DNA of 45,831 nucleotides from assembly GCA_038230375.1 (NCBI GenBank), contig JBBRNJ010000072.1, forward strand, positions 1 through 45,831, in the 5' to 3' direction. Positions 9,861 through 18,874 of this stretch are shown here, one piece after another (the first letter of the stretch is position 1; each line of letters starts with the position of its first letter). The notes under the pieces are model-generated. The model ran no database searches, had not been told where the DNA came from, and saw nothing but the letters and a program-made list of their open reading frames with translations. This stretch comes from Polyangiales bacterium. Lineage in GTDB: Bacteria; Myxococcota_A; Polyangia; Polyangiales; Polyangiaceae. The position numbers and the translations under genes were made by a program.

Positions 9861-10746
9861 TTCGCGTGGTGCGTCGACGGCGTGCAGCCACGAGCCCGAG
9901 GGCGAGCACGAGACCCGGCCACGCCGTGCCCCCGTCGCTTGCGCCGGACGTCGCGCAGCCACCGCCATCGCTACCGCCAGAGCCACCGCCACCAGAAGAG
10001 TCGCTGCCGTTTGTGTCCGTGGCTCGATCATGTGCCGCGCCGGACCCGGGCGACGGCGCGCTCGCGTCGTCAACGCTCGGTGAAGCGGCATCTGCCGTCG
10101 AGGCACCACCACCGCCAGAGTCCGGATCGGCAGGTCCAGCGTCCGGATCGTCGACGATGGCGTTGAAGCGGATCGCGCTGAACGTGATGCCGTTCTGGGC
10201 GACCGTGATCAGCTTTCCGTTGATGGTCACGTTGCTGTCGAGCTGATGCGCGTATGGCGTGGACGAGCTGCAGCCCGGCTCCTCCATGAACGTTGCGCGG
10301 ACGCCGGGCGTGATCCATTTCACGAAGAGCATCGTGTGGTCGCTGGGCTTGTTCACGGCGTCGCCCGGCATGAGCGTGTGTGGATCGATCGTGTGCGTGA
10401 TGTCCGTCACGGCCGGCGCGAGATCCGCGGTGGTGCGGCCCGGCGCTGCGATCCCCCACGACCACGAGACGAAGCCGGAGCAGTCGGAGCGGTATGGATC
10501 CCACTGCGCGTTGTTCGGACGCGTGCAAACCTTCGCGCACGCCTGATCGCCGTCGGGCTGGTGGTTTGCGGACTGGCAATACGGCAGCTTCGCGGCGACC
10601 CACAGCTGTCCGCGCGAGAGCGCCTGACTGCGCGTGATCGTCGTGAGGTCCGACGCAACGACGCCAAGGTGCTCGTCATCCGTCGGTGCCTCGCCGCATG
10701 CGGCGATGATGACGGCGAGTGGAGCGAACAAGGCCAGCGCGCGCAT
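9856..10746 (-). CDS. NlpC/P60-like peptidoglycan hydrolase with MYXO-CTERM sorting tail
   Basis: Lipobox-like IAAC; YRSDCSGFVSWSW and PGDAV...HTMLF catalytic motifs; low-complexity linker; GGC...hydrophobic...RRRR C-terminus. Confidence 0.8.
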   Translation of the reverse strand: MRALALFAPLAVIIAACGEAPTDDEHLGVVASDLTTITRSQALSRGQLWVAAKLPYCQSANHQPDGDQACAKVCTRPNNAQWDPYRSDCSGFVSWSWGIAAPGRTTADLAPAVTDITHTIDPHTLMPGDAVNKPSDHTMLFVKWITPGVRATFMEEPGCSSSTPYAHQLDSNVTINGKLITVAQNGITFSAIRFNAIVDDPDAGPADPDSGGGGASTADAASPSVDDASAPSPGSGAAHDRATDTNGSDSSGGGGSGGSDGGGCATSGASDGGTAWPGLVLALGLVAARRRRTTRT

Positions 10747-10936
10747 GGAGAGTCGCTTCGTCGAATGTTCCACGTCGACGTCGTATCGCCAGAAACCCGG
10801 ATGGACAAATAACAAACCACGTCCCAACTGCGAAGAACGTCGACGCCAGATCTTTCCACGAACCCCGCTGTTTTCAAGGCGTCTGTAGGCATGAGCCTCA
10901 CATCGCCACCATCGATCAGCGTGCTACTCTTTCGAC

Positions 10937-11320
10937 ATGTCCTTCCTCCTCTGCGCGGGCTGCAGTCGTCACATCAAGGGCTCCGAGTTCGCGTGCCCGT
11001 TCTGCGGCGCGGCGATCGAAGGCGCGGCCCGCACGGGACATGCTGCGCTCATGGGCTCGCGCACGCGTCATCGACTGCTCTTCGGCGCAGCGACCGCCGC
11101 GGTTGCAGGTGCCGCTGCATTGAATGGGTGCTCCGCGGGCGAGGCGACCGGCGCGAACGACGCGGGGTCGGAGGCCGCAGCCGCGCAGCCCGGCTACGGT
11201 GGGCCGAGCCCGTACGACGGCGCGGTCGTGGTCCCGTATGGTGTGCCCGATTTCGATTCTGGGCAGCACGTCGACAGCGGCGCCAATTCATCGAGCGACT
11301 CGGGCGACGACGGCGGCTGA
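10937..11320 (+). CDS. Small protein with N-terminal CxxCxRH...CPFC zinc ribbon, internal signal-like segment and YGxP motifs
   Basis: MSFLLCAGCSRHIKGSEFACPFCG; SRTRHRLLFGAATAAVAGAAALNGC; PGYGGP and VPYGVP. Confidence 0.75.
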   Translation: MSFLLCAGCSRHIKGSEFACPFCGAAIEGAARTGHAALMGSRTRHRLLFGAATAAVAGAAALNGCSAGEATGANDAGSEAAAAQPGYGGPSPYDGAVVVPYGVPDFDSGQHVDSGANSSSDSGDDGG

Positions 11321-11339
11321 GCGTCACGCGCCTGCGTCG

Positions 11340-12182
11340 TCAGCCGCAGCCGGGCATTCCCTGACCCTTGCCAACCGCGCACGGCATGCAGACCTCCGTC
11401 GGGCCGCAGCCCGCGCGGAGTGCCACGCCCGTGCTCTTCAGCATGGAGGCGAAGCAGAGATCGATACAGACGCCGTCGGCACCGAGCACGTCGCACTTCA
11501 CCGGATTGCCGCTCACGAGCGCCGCGGGCGCGCAGAGCTTGCCTTCCGCGCACGCGTCGCGGTTCATGTTGCCGCGTGAGCCTTCGGGGACCGCCTCTGC
11601 GCCGAGGCACGCGCCTGCGTAGTGGCAGCACGGCGCTGGTGCTTCCTGCGCCGCACCGGCCTCACACACCTCACCGTGAACACCGAGGTCGTCACAGAGG
11701 TGCGTGTCGGTCTGGTCCGCGGGCGAGATGCAAGGCACGCAGCGCTCGTCGGCGGTGCATTCTTCCTTGTGGAGTTGATCCTTGTGCGAGCCCACGTCCT
11801 GCACGAGGAGGCTGGTGCACGCGCCTGGCTTGCCGTTGATGTAGAACGTGCACGACTTCGCCTTCTTGCCACCCGCCGTGAGCACGGAGTCGGGGACACA
11901 GACTTCTCCGGCGGTCTTGCACGCGGGCAGCTCCGGAAAGGCCACCTTGTTTCCAGCGTAGCAATGGCCCAGGCCGTCTCCGCACGCCTCGAGCTTCCTG
12001 AGGTCGGGCTTCACGAACGCCGAGCCGCAGCTCTTCGTGCCCTCTTGCGTGCGCACGGGCAGCGAGATGGTCTCGTAGTTGGGGCTGCCGATGGTGCACG
12101 CCGCGGCCCCGATGGCGATGGCGGCGAACACGATGGTGCCGAGCAGTGCGGAGGCTCTGGAGATGGCGGAGTGCTTGTTCAT
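11340..12182 (-). CDS. Cys-rich lipoprotein (24 Cys after the lipobox), paralog B
   Basis: GGAG RBS, signal peptide ending AAAC; Cys pattern collinear with the neighbouring gene. Confidence 0.85.
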   Translation of the reverse strand: MNKHSAISRASALLGTIVFAAIAIGAAACTIGSPNYETISLPVRTQEGTKSCGSAFVKPDLRKLEACGDGLGHCYAGNKVAFPELPACKTAGEVCVPDSVLTAGGKKAKSCTFYINGKPGACTSLLVQDVGSHKDQLHKEECTADERCVPCISPADQTDTHLCDDLGVHGEVCEAGAAQEAPAPCCHYAGACLGAEAVPEGSRGNMNRDACAEGKLCAPAALVSGNPVKCDVLGADGVCIDLCFASMLKSTGVALRAGCGPTEVCMPCAVGKGQGMPGCG

Positions 12183-12211
12183 CGGGTTCTCCTGCGCTGC
12201 TCGGGTCCAGA

Positions 12212-13183
12212 TCACATGCAGCCGGGGACGCCCTGGCCGCTGACGAGCGCGCACGGCACGCACACCTCGGTGGAGCCGCAGCCCTTGCCGCTGAGCACGC
12301 CGATCGACTTCGCGGTGCCCATCATGTCGTTGAAGCACTGGTCCATGCAGACGCCCTGGCCGAAGAGGCCGCCGTCGCACTTCACCGGCATGTTGGACAC
12401 GAAGGCCGCGGGCACGCACTTGTCGCCTGCGTTGCACGTGTCCTGCTTCGTCTGGCTCTGCTGCGACGCCGGGATGGCCGTCGAGGAGATGCAGACGCCG
12501 TTGCTGGTGTTCTTCGACTTGCAGCACGTCTGCAGCGGAGGCGCCGCGGTCCCGCCGTCGGTCGCCGCCGAGGTTGCGCCGCACGCGTTCTGGTGCGCGC
12601 CGATCGCGGAGCAGATGCCGGTGGGCGCGTTGTTGTGCGTGGGGTCCTGGCAGGGCACGCAGAGCTGGGTCGCGGTGCAGACGTCCTGCTTGAGGGAGCT
12701 GCCGCCCATCTGCTGGATGGCCGGGATGTCACTGGCCGTGATGCAGCCGCCCGCGCCGATGATCGACTTGCAGCTCTTCAGCGTCTTGCCGCCGGCCGTG
12801 AGGACCTCGTCCGGAACGCAGACCTCGCCCTTCGAGGGGCACGCAGCGTACGTGGGGCCCAGGTCGACCTTCGCGGGGTCGTAGCAGTGTCCCGTGTTGT
12901 TGCCGCAAGCGGTGAGCTTCGACACGTCGACCGTGATGTAGTCGCTCTGGCTGCAGCTGCTGCCAGTGGCAGCCCCGCCGTCCGACGCCGCGCTACCGCC
13001 GCCACCGCCACCGCCACCGCCGTTGTTCGTGTCCGTGGACGTCGTGGTCTCCGTGCTGGAGCCGCCGTCGCCCTGAGCTTCTTGTGCCGTCACGTAGGTT
13101 GGGCTCTCGACGGTGCAGGCCGCGAGGGTCGCAATTCCGGTGATAGCCGCGCACGCAACGAACAGTTCGATCAGGTTCTTCAT
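12212..13183 (-). CDS. Cys-rich lipoprotein (24 Cys after the lipobox), paralog A
   Basis: GGAGG RBS, LAAC lipobox, Gly/Thr linker, GHCY...GEVCVPD.VLTAGGK shared with paralog B. Confidence 0.88.
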   Translation of the reverse strand: MKNLIELFVACAAITGIATLAACTVESPTYVTAQEAQGDGGSSTETTTSTDTNNGGGGGGGGGSAASDGGAATGSSCSQSDYITVDVSKLTACGNNTGHCYDPAKVDLGPTYAACPSKGEVCVPDEVLTAGGKTLKSCKSIIGAGGCITASDIPAIQQMGGSSLKQDVCTATQLCVPCQDPTHNNAPTGICSAIGAHQNACGATSAATDGGTAAPPLQTCCKSKNTSNGVCISSTAIPASQQSQTKQDTCNAGDKCVPAAFVSNMPVKCDGGLFGQGVCMDQCFNDMMGTAKSIGVLSGKGCGSTEVCVPCALVSGQGVPGCM

Positions 13184-13211
13184 GATGACCTCCAGTGTCG
13201 TGAACCTGTAA

Positions 13212-13227
13212 TGCGACCGCCGTGCCG
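13212..13227 (-). promoter_or_regulatory. Sigma54 (-24/-12) promoter for the Cys-rich lipoprotein pair
   Basis: Minus strand CGGCACG-GCGG-TCGCA has exact GG-N10-GC spacing against the TGGCACG-N4-TTGCW consensus, 28 nt upstream of the ATG. Confidence 0.6.
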
Positions 13228-13429
13228 TTCCGGTGCGCACCATGTAGGAGTCCAGTTTTTCGCCGAAAAGTGCCTGAAACGCGCCGCTTCAGGCCCTCGG
13301 GTGACAACGCACCCGAGATCCGCACGCGGATCGCTTCGATGAGAACGAAGAGATCACACTGTCTCGAAGGGATGACGGTTTGTCATTGCGCGAGCGGGCG
13401 CGGTATATTCGCCGAGTGGTACGACGTCC

Positions 13430-15019
13430 ATGAGGGACCTGGGTCGCTATGTCGCCCATCACGCGCTTGGGCGCGGGGGCACGGCGACGGTGTACTTCGG
13501 CACGATGACCGGGCCGTCGGGCTTCGTACGACGCGTGGCCATCAAGGAGCTACACGCGATCATCGCGTCGGACCCCCAGCTGCGGTCCATGCTCACGGAG
13601 GAGGCGCGGATCTCCGGCCGGATCATGCACCCGAACACGGTGCCGGTTCTGGACATGGTGGAGCACGACGGCCAGGCGTTCGCCATCATGGACTACGTCC
13701 ACGGCGCCACCGTGTTCGAGCTGCTCCGTGCGGCGCGTGCGCGGCGGGGCGAGGGCCCGTGGTCCGCCGTGTTTCCGCCTGGCGTGGCGATGGCGATTGG
13801 CGCCGACGTTCTCTCTGGTCTTGCGGCGGCGCACGCGGCGAAGGACGTATCCGGCAAGAGCCTTGGGGTCATCCACCGCGACATCTCGCCGGACAACGTG
13901 CTCGTGGGCATGGATGGCGTGGCAAGGCTCACGGACTTCGGCATCGCGCGCGCGGAGGGGCGTGCGGTCAAGACGGAGTCGGGGGTCGTGAAGGGCAAGT
14001 TCCGCTACATGGCCCCCGAGCAGGCTGCGGGCGAGGCCAGTCAGGCAAGCGACCTGTTCTCGATGGGCGTGGTCCTCTTCGAGCTGCTCACAGGCAATCG
14101 CCTCTTCGATGCAGAGCACGAGGCCGGCGTCTTGAATCAGGTGCTCGCCAAGCAGATCCCCACGGTCACCTCGCAGAATCCGGAGGTGCCGGTGGGGTTG
14201 GCGGAGGTCGTCGCGCGTGCGCTCTCGCGCGAGCCGGCGCGCCGGTTTCCGACGGCCGCCGCCATGGGAGACGCATGGCGTGCGGCGGCTCCGCGCTACG
14301 ACCAGCAGAACGTGCAGGTCTTCATGACCGGCCTCGTTGGTGACTCCCTCCGCGAGAAGCTCGATCGGGTCGAGGCCGCGGAGCGCCTGGCCGAAGAGAT
14401 GGCACAGGCAGCGGCCGCGGGGGCGCAGCCAGGCGCGCGCAGCGACGATCCGCCGCCGGGCTACTGGGAGGAGGCCACGACCGTCCAGGACGGGCCGCGC
14501 ACGCGCACGGGTGCATCCTACACAGGCGCTCGGCTGCAAGCGTCTCCCATCTCGGACACGAACCTCTCGACGCGGCCGGACGGCGCCGAGCCCACGCGCC
14601 TCACGTTCGAGGCGGAGCCAGTGGTGCGTCGCGGTCCACCGATGCGTCTGGTTGTAGCGCTCGGCGTCCCGATGCTGCTCATGTTCGGGGTCGTCGTGTA
14701 CGCAGCGTCGTCGAGCAATTCGCGAGAGAGAACCGGACCGAAGGCACGCGAGCTGCCTGATCGCGATCGCGGAGCGATCACCGTGAGCTCCGTCAGTGGG
14801 CCCCCGAGCCCCGTGCCGGCGGACCCATCCCCCGCCACCAGCGTCGCGGTTCCCGCCCCGCCTCCGAGCGTCGGGCCAAGCGCCGCACCCTTGCCACAAG
14901 CGCCCAGCGTGGCAGTCAAGCAAGTGAAGCCACGGCCTGCGGCCGAGCCTGACTGCAGGACACCGTTCTACATCGACAATCAGGGCGTCCGGGTCTACCG
15001 GCGCGAGTGCTTGCAGTGA
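13430..15019 (+). CDS. Membrane-anchored Hanks-type Ser/Thr protein kinase
   Basis: LGRGG, VAIK, HRDISPDN, DFG, YMAPE and SDLFS.G motifs; one TM; Pro-rich tail ending DCRTPFYIDNQG...EC. Confidence 0.95.
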   Translation: MRDLGRYVAHHALGRGGTATVYFGTMTGPSGFVRRVAIKELHAIIASDPQLRSMLTEEARISGRIMHPNTVPVLDMVEHDGQAFAIMDYVHGATVFELLRAARARRGEGPWSAVFPPGVAMAIGADVLSGLAAAHAAKDVSGKSLGVIHRDISPDNVLVGMDGVARLTDFGIARAEGRAVKTESGVVKGKFRYMAPEQAAGEASQASDLFSMGVVLFELLTGNRLFDAEHEAGVLNQVLAKQIPTVTSQNPEVPVGLAEVVARALSREPARRFPTAAAMGDAWRAAAPRYDQQNVQVFMTGLVGDSLREKLDRVEAAERLAEEMAQAAAAGAQPGARSDDPPPGYWEEATTVQDGPRTRTGASYTGARLQASPISDTNLSTRPDGAEPTRLTFEAEPVVRRGPPMRLVVALGVPMLLMFGVVVYAASSSNSRERTGPKARELPDRDRGAITVSSVSGPPSPVPADPSPATSVAVPAPPPSVGPSAAPLPQAPSVAVKQVKPRPAAEPDCRTPFYIDNQGVRVYRRECLQ

Positions 15020-15849
15020 GCCGTGCCGCTGGCGACGTCCTGCGTCGCGCCGCGAAAGTCTCCGCCCTCGCAGTCGCGCTGTCTCTCTCCACGTCACCCG
15101 CGACCGCGAAGCGGCCCTCCACAGCCGAGCAGTGCGCGCGCACCGCCGAGGAGGGTCAGCGCTCGCGTGCGCAGGGCGCGCTCCGTGCATCGCGCGAGAG
15201 CTTCCAGACGTGTGCGCGCAAGGGCTGTCCGCGCGCGGTGCAGGCTGATTGCGCCCGCTGGCTCGACGAGGTGACGGAGTCGCAGCCCACCGTCGTCATC
15301 CGCGCCTACGGGAAGGACAAGGCGGAGCTGGAGAATGCGCACGTGTCAGTCGACGAGACCGACGTGGTCGCGAACGGTCTGGCGCTGCCGCTCGATCCGG
15401 GCGCGCACGTGATTCGCCTCAGCACCGACGACGGCACCGCCGAGCAGCGCGTGGTGTTGACGGAGGGCGAGAAGGGCCGCGTGGTCTCGCTCTCTCTCGC
15501 GCCGAAGGACCCGTCGCCTCCCCCGCCGCCACCACCGCGGACCTCCGCGCCCATTCCTGTCCTCACCTACGGGCTCGGTGGCGGCGCCATCCTCACGCTC
15601 GGAACCGGCGCAGTGCTGTGGGGCGTAGGCGCGAGTGATCGCTCGGCGCTTGCGGCGTCGTGTGCGCCTGGGGGAACGTGCTCACGTGGCGCGGTCTCGT
15701 CCGCGAAGACGGAGCTGGTCGTCGGTGATGTGCTCGTCGTGACGAGCGCGTTGCTCGCCGCGGGAGCGGTCTATTTCTTTCTGACCCGCAAGTCTGCGAC
15801 CGTCGACAGCGCGGCGTTCGAGCGGATGACCGAGGGCCTGCGCTTCTGA
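15016..15849 (+). CDS. Secreted/membrane PEGA-like domain protein coupled to the kinase
   Basis: GTGA overlap with the kinase stop; signal peptide; C..A.E.GQ..R helical part, C...CP..V..DC..WL, LDPG.H beta domain and C-terminal TM segments. Confidence 0.75.
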   Translation: MSRAAGDVLRRAAKVSALAVALSLSTSPATAKRPSTAEQCARTAEEGQRSRAQGALRASRESFQTCARKGCPRAVQADCARWLDEVTESQPTVVIRAYGKDKAELENAHVSVDETDVVANGLALPLDPGAHVIRLSTDDGTAEQRVVLTEGEKGRVVSLSLAPKDPSPPPPPPPRTSAPIPVLTYGLGGGAILTLGTGAVLWGVGASDRSALAASCAPGGTCSRGAVSSAKTELVVGDVLVVTSALLAAGAVYFFLTRKSATVDSAAFERMTEGLRF

Positions 15850-15871
15850 GCGCGTGGCGCCCGGAGCGGCG

Positions 15872-17170
15872 TCAGCGCTTCTTTCGCAGGATGTGGAAGT
15901 AGCGACGGGTCAGACCCGACGCAGCCGCTGCCCGCGTCACGTTGCCGTGATGTTTCGCCAGTGCGTCCCGCACGAAACGCTGCTCGAGCTCTCCTACCAG
16001 CTCTGCGCGCGCCTGCGAGAGCGTCGGATTGCGGGACAGGATGTCGTCGATGACGTCCCGCGAGATGGCTCCGGTGTGCTCTTCCGCGCGCGGCAGTGGC
16101 TCGTGCTCGCCGCCTTCGCCGAGGATGACGCGGTCGATCGCATCGCGGAGCTCGCGAACGTTCCCCGGCCATTCGTAGTCGAGGAACCCGGCGAGGACGG
16201 ACTCGGTGAGCCCGTCTGGTGCGCCGCCCTGCGCGAAGAAATGCTGCGCGAGCAGCTCCACGTCTCCATGGCGTTGGCGAAGCGGCGGCATGTGGACCAC
16301 GTCTCCCGATAGCGCAGTGAAGAGCGACGGCGTCAGGCGCCCGGAGTCGCACTCGCGATCGAGGTCACGTCGCGTGGTCGCGATCACGCGCCCGCCAGCC
16401 CGCCAGCCTGCGAGCTCTGCGGCGAGCGCCTTCTGCATCGCGGGCTCGAGCTCCTCGGGATCGGAGACGAGCAGCGTGCCGCCACGTGCGTCGGTCATGA
16501 GCTGCGAGATGGTTGCCATCCGCAACGTCTCCGTTGACACGAGCACGAATGGTCGCTCCCCACGTGAACCGGCGTGCGTTCCCGCGTGCGCATCGTGTAT
16601 GGCCTCGGCGAAGAGATCCTTGCCTGTCCCGGGCTCGCCCTCGATCACGAGCGGCTCGGTGCTCGCTGCCGCGCGCTCGCCCCATGCAAACAGCCGCTGC
16701 ATTGCGGCGCTGCGCCCGAGCATTCGACCGAAGTTGTCGTTGTGACGAGCGGCGACCTCGGCGCGTGCGCCGGTGTTGGTGACGCGAAGGGTGGTCTCAC
16801 CCAAGCTGATCGTCTCGCCACCGGAGATCCATGCCTCGGCGACGTTGATGTCGTTCACGGCGGTTCCGTTTCGCGAGCCGAGATCGCGCAAGCGGAGGCG
16901 TGGGCCCTCTGGTGACAGCGACAGATGCCGGCGCGACACACGCGGATCGGTCAGCGCGAGGTCCGCACGTGGGCCCGTCCCCACGAGCACGCGGGACGTG
17001 CGCGTCCAGTCGAGCGCCAGCATGAGGCCCTTCTCCGGTCCGGAGAGAACGCGCAGGAGGAAGACCGGCAGGCCCGTAGCACCCTCCGCGCCTCCGTCAG
17101 CAGCGTCGGTGTGAATGTCGCGACCGATGAGGGTGACATGCTCAGATTTCATGACGGACGTGCGGGTCAC
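15872..17170 (-). CDS. FHA-domain sigma54-activator-like (bEBP) protein with degenerate AAA+ domain and Fis-type HTH
   Basis: VSRRH...DLGSRNGT (FHA), GEPGTGKD, PPLRQR, WPGNVREL and GNVTRAA are present; GAFTGA is absent. Confidence 0.9.
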   Translation of the reverse strand: MTRTSVMKSEHVTLIGRDIHTDAADGGAEGATGLPVFLLRVLSGPEKGLMLALDWTRTSRVLVGTGPRADLALTDPRVSRRHLSLSPEGPRLRLRDLGSRNGTAVNDINVAEAWISGGETISLGETTLRVTNTGARAEVAARHNDNFGRMLGRSAAMQRLFAWGERAAASTEPLVIEGEPGTGKDLFAEAIHDAHAGTHAGSRGERPFVLVSTETLRMATISQLMTDARGGTLLVSDPEELEPAMQKALAAELAGWRAGGRVIATTRRDLDRECDSGRLTPSLFTALSGDVVHMPPLRQRHGDVELLAQHFFAQGGAPDGLTESVLAGFLDYEWPGNVRELRDAIDRVILGEGGEHEPLPRAEEHTGAISRDVIDDILSRNPTLSQARAELVGELEQRFVRDALAKHHGNVTRAAAASGLTRRYFHILRKKR

Positions 17171-17190
17171 GGTATCATGTCAGGGTAGCC

Positions 17191-18255
17191 ATGTTGATGC
17201 GCCGTGCGTTTGTTGCCGCTGTCGTCCTCGCGAGCGTGGGCGTGGGCTGCTCGGTTGCGCTCGGCTTCGACCACTACTCGGACAACGCGGACTGCAGTCA
17301 CGCCGTGGCGCCGCCACCCCCTGCGCACGACAACGTCGGCAAGAACCTCGGCGAGCTCGTCGTGGCGTTCTCGTACATGACGCTCGAAGGCAAGGACCCG
17401 AAGGGCGCGCCGATCTCGCTCGGGTTCGACCTGGACGGCATCTGCACGGCCTGCCCCAGCGGCGTGTCATCGTGCAAGCCACTGAGTCCCGGGATCCCGC
17501 CGCCGTGCGATGAGCCAGGTACGGGGCGCGACGACGCTGTGCGCCCGCTCCTCGACCAGATCAAGACGTTCGTGCCCTTCAATGACGTGGTCTTCAATGG
17601 GGCCCTGAACCAGGGGCTCTTCTCCCAGCTCCTCCAGATCGACGGCTACAACGGCACTGCGGACGATCAGGCGGTCACGGTCGCATACCGGAACGGGTAC
17701 GTCCTTGCGGGTGACGGTGGTCCGACGATCCAGGGTGAGGATTCGTGGCTCGTGGAGCCGACCTCCAATGGCATTCCCGCATACAACGTGACGGGCTACG
17801 TCACGGGCGGAACGCTCGTCGCCAAGTTCGTGGCTGCCGTCCCCGGGAAGGACGGTCTGCAGATGGTGTGGAAGCTTCCGAATGGGCAGGGCGGCACCAC
17901 GCGCGTCCTCATTGCGCTGGCCGAGGCAACGATCACCGCGCACGTTTCGTTGAGCGCAAACGGGCAACTCACGCTCACGGACGGGCGACTCGGCGCAAAG
18001 CTGACGTCGAGCAACGCGCTCGAGCTGCCACGAGCGTTCGGCATCTGCGCAGGTCCGCAGTTCGACCAGACGCGACAGCTGTTCTGCTCCAAGGCCGATC
18101 TCCCGAACAAGGACGGCTTCTGCGACACGCTCTCGTTCTCGCTCGCGTTCGAGGCCAAGCCCGCCAAGCTCGGTGGCGAGCTCGACATGCCCGTGGTGAG
18201 CGTGTGTGCAGACGGAGGGCCCGTACCGCCCGCGCCGTCGTGCCTGCAGCAATAG
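17191..18255 (+). CDS. Hypothetical Cys-containing lipoprotein
   Basis: GVGC lipobox; GFDLDGICT and CDEPGTGRDD motifs typical of myxobacterial lipoproteins. Confidence 0.8.
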   Translation: MLMRRAFVAAVVLASVGVGCSVALGFDHYSDNADCSHAVAPPPPAHDNVGKNLGELVVAFSYMTLEGKDPKGAPISLGFDLDGICTACPSGVSSCKPLSPGIPPPCDEPGTGRDDAVRPLLDQIKTFVPFNDVVFNGALNQGLFSQLLQIDGYNGTADDQAVTVAYRNGYVLAGDGGPTIQGEDSWLVEPTSNGIPAYNVTGYVTGGTLVAKFVAAVPGKDGLQMVWKLPNGQGGTTRVLIALAEATITAHVSLSANGQLTLTDGRLGAKLTSSNALELPRAFGICAGPQFDQTRQLFCSKADLPNKDGFCDTLSFSLAFEAKPAKLGGELDMPVVSVCADGGPVPPAPSCLQQ

Positions 18256-18283
18256 TCGCGGACGATTCACCTGCGAGAGCCAG

Positions 18284-18653
18284 TCACCGATCGGTGGGCG
18301 GGCGGAGCGGCGCGGTGTCGGAAAGCTTCGCGCCCCACGCCTTCAGCAGCGCGTACTCCGCGACCGTGATGATCGTGGCGCGGTCGCCCATGGCTGCGAA
18401 GTACTGGGCGCCTGCGCCCGGGCGCGTGGTGCCCGCTTGCACGCCGGTCGGTGCTGCAGGGTCGCCGGGCGAACCAACAGGCGGCGTGGGCGCGAGCTGG
18501 CCGATCGTGACCGCGTTGGCGGACGCCACGCCGAGCGTCTTCAGGAGCTTTCGCAGTGCAGGTTCGTTGAACACGATCGTTCTCGGATCAAAGATGACGG
18601 GGGCGTCGTGCGGATCGGATGCACGATACCACGCGTGATCAAAGCGCGCGCGC
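18284..18653 (-). pseudogene. 3' fragment of an unidentified gene lacking its 5' part
   Basis: Protein-like tail ARFDHAWYRASDPHDAPVIFDP...EYALLKAWGAKL with coding codon bias; upstream the frame is just the antisense of other genes. Confidence 0.55.
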
Positions 18654-18865
18654 CCGGACAGAACGCCGGCTCCGCCGCCAGTTTTGGCAGCATGTTGGGG
18701 ATCACCGCTTTCGAGGACAAGGTCTACGGTTTCTCCCGCAAAGGCGATATCGTCGAGATCCACAACACCGACGGGACGGGTTGCCTCATCTCGTCGGACA
18801 AGAACAACCTCTATGCGGGGGCGGGCATCACGACCACAGCGCCGGTGGTGGCCCCGCCGAAGTGA
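18644..18865 (+). pseudogene. 3' fragment of a myxobacterial beta-rich lipoprotein lacking its 5' part
   Basis: FGSMLGITAFEDKVYGFSRKGDIVEI...DGTGCL...YAGAGITTTAPV, ending in the AGAG(V/I)TT.AP motif; no signal peptide or N-terminus. Confidence 0.6.
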
Positions 18866-18874
18866 GCCTTCTCG

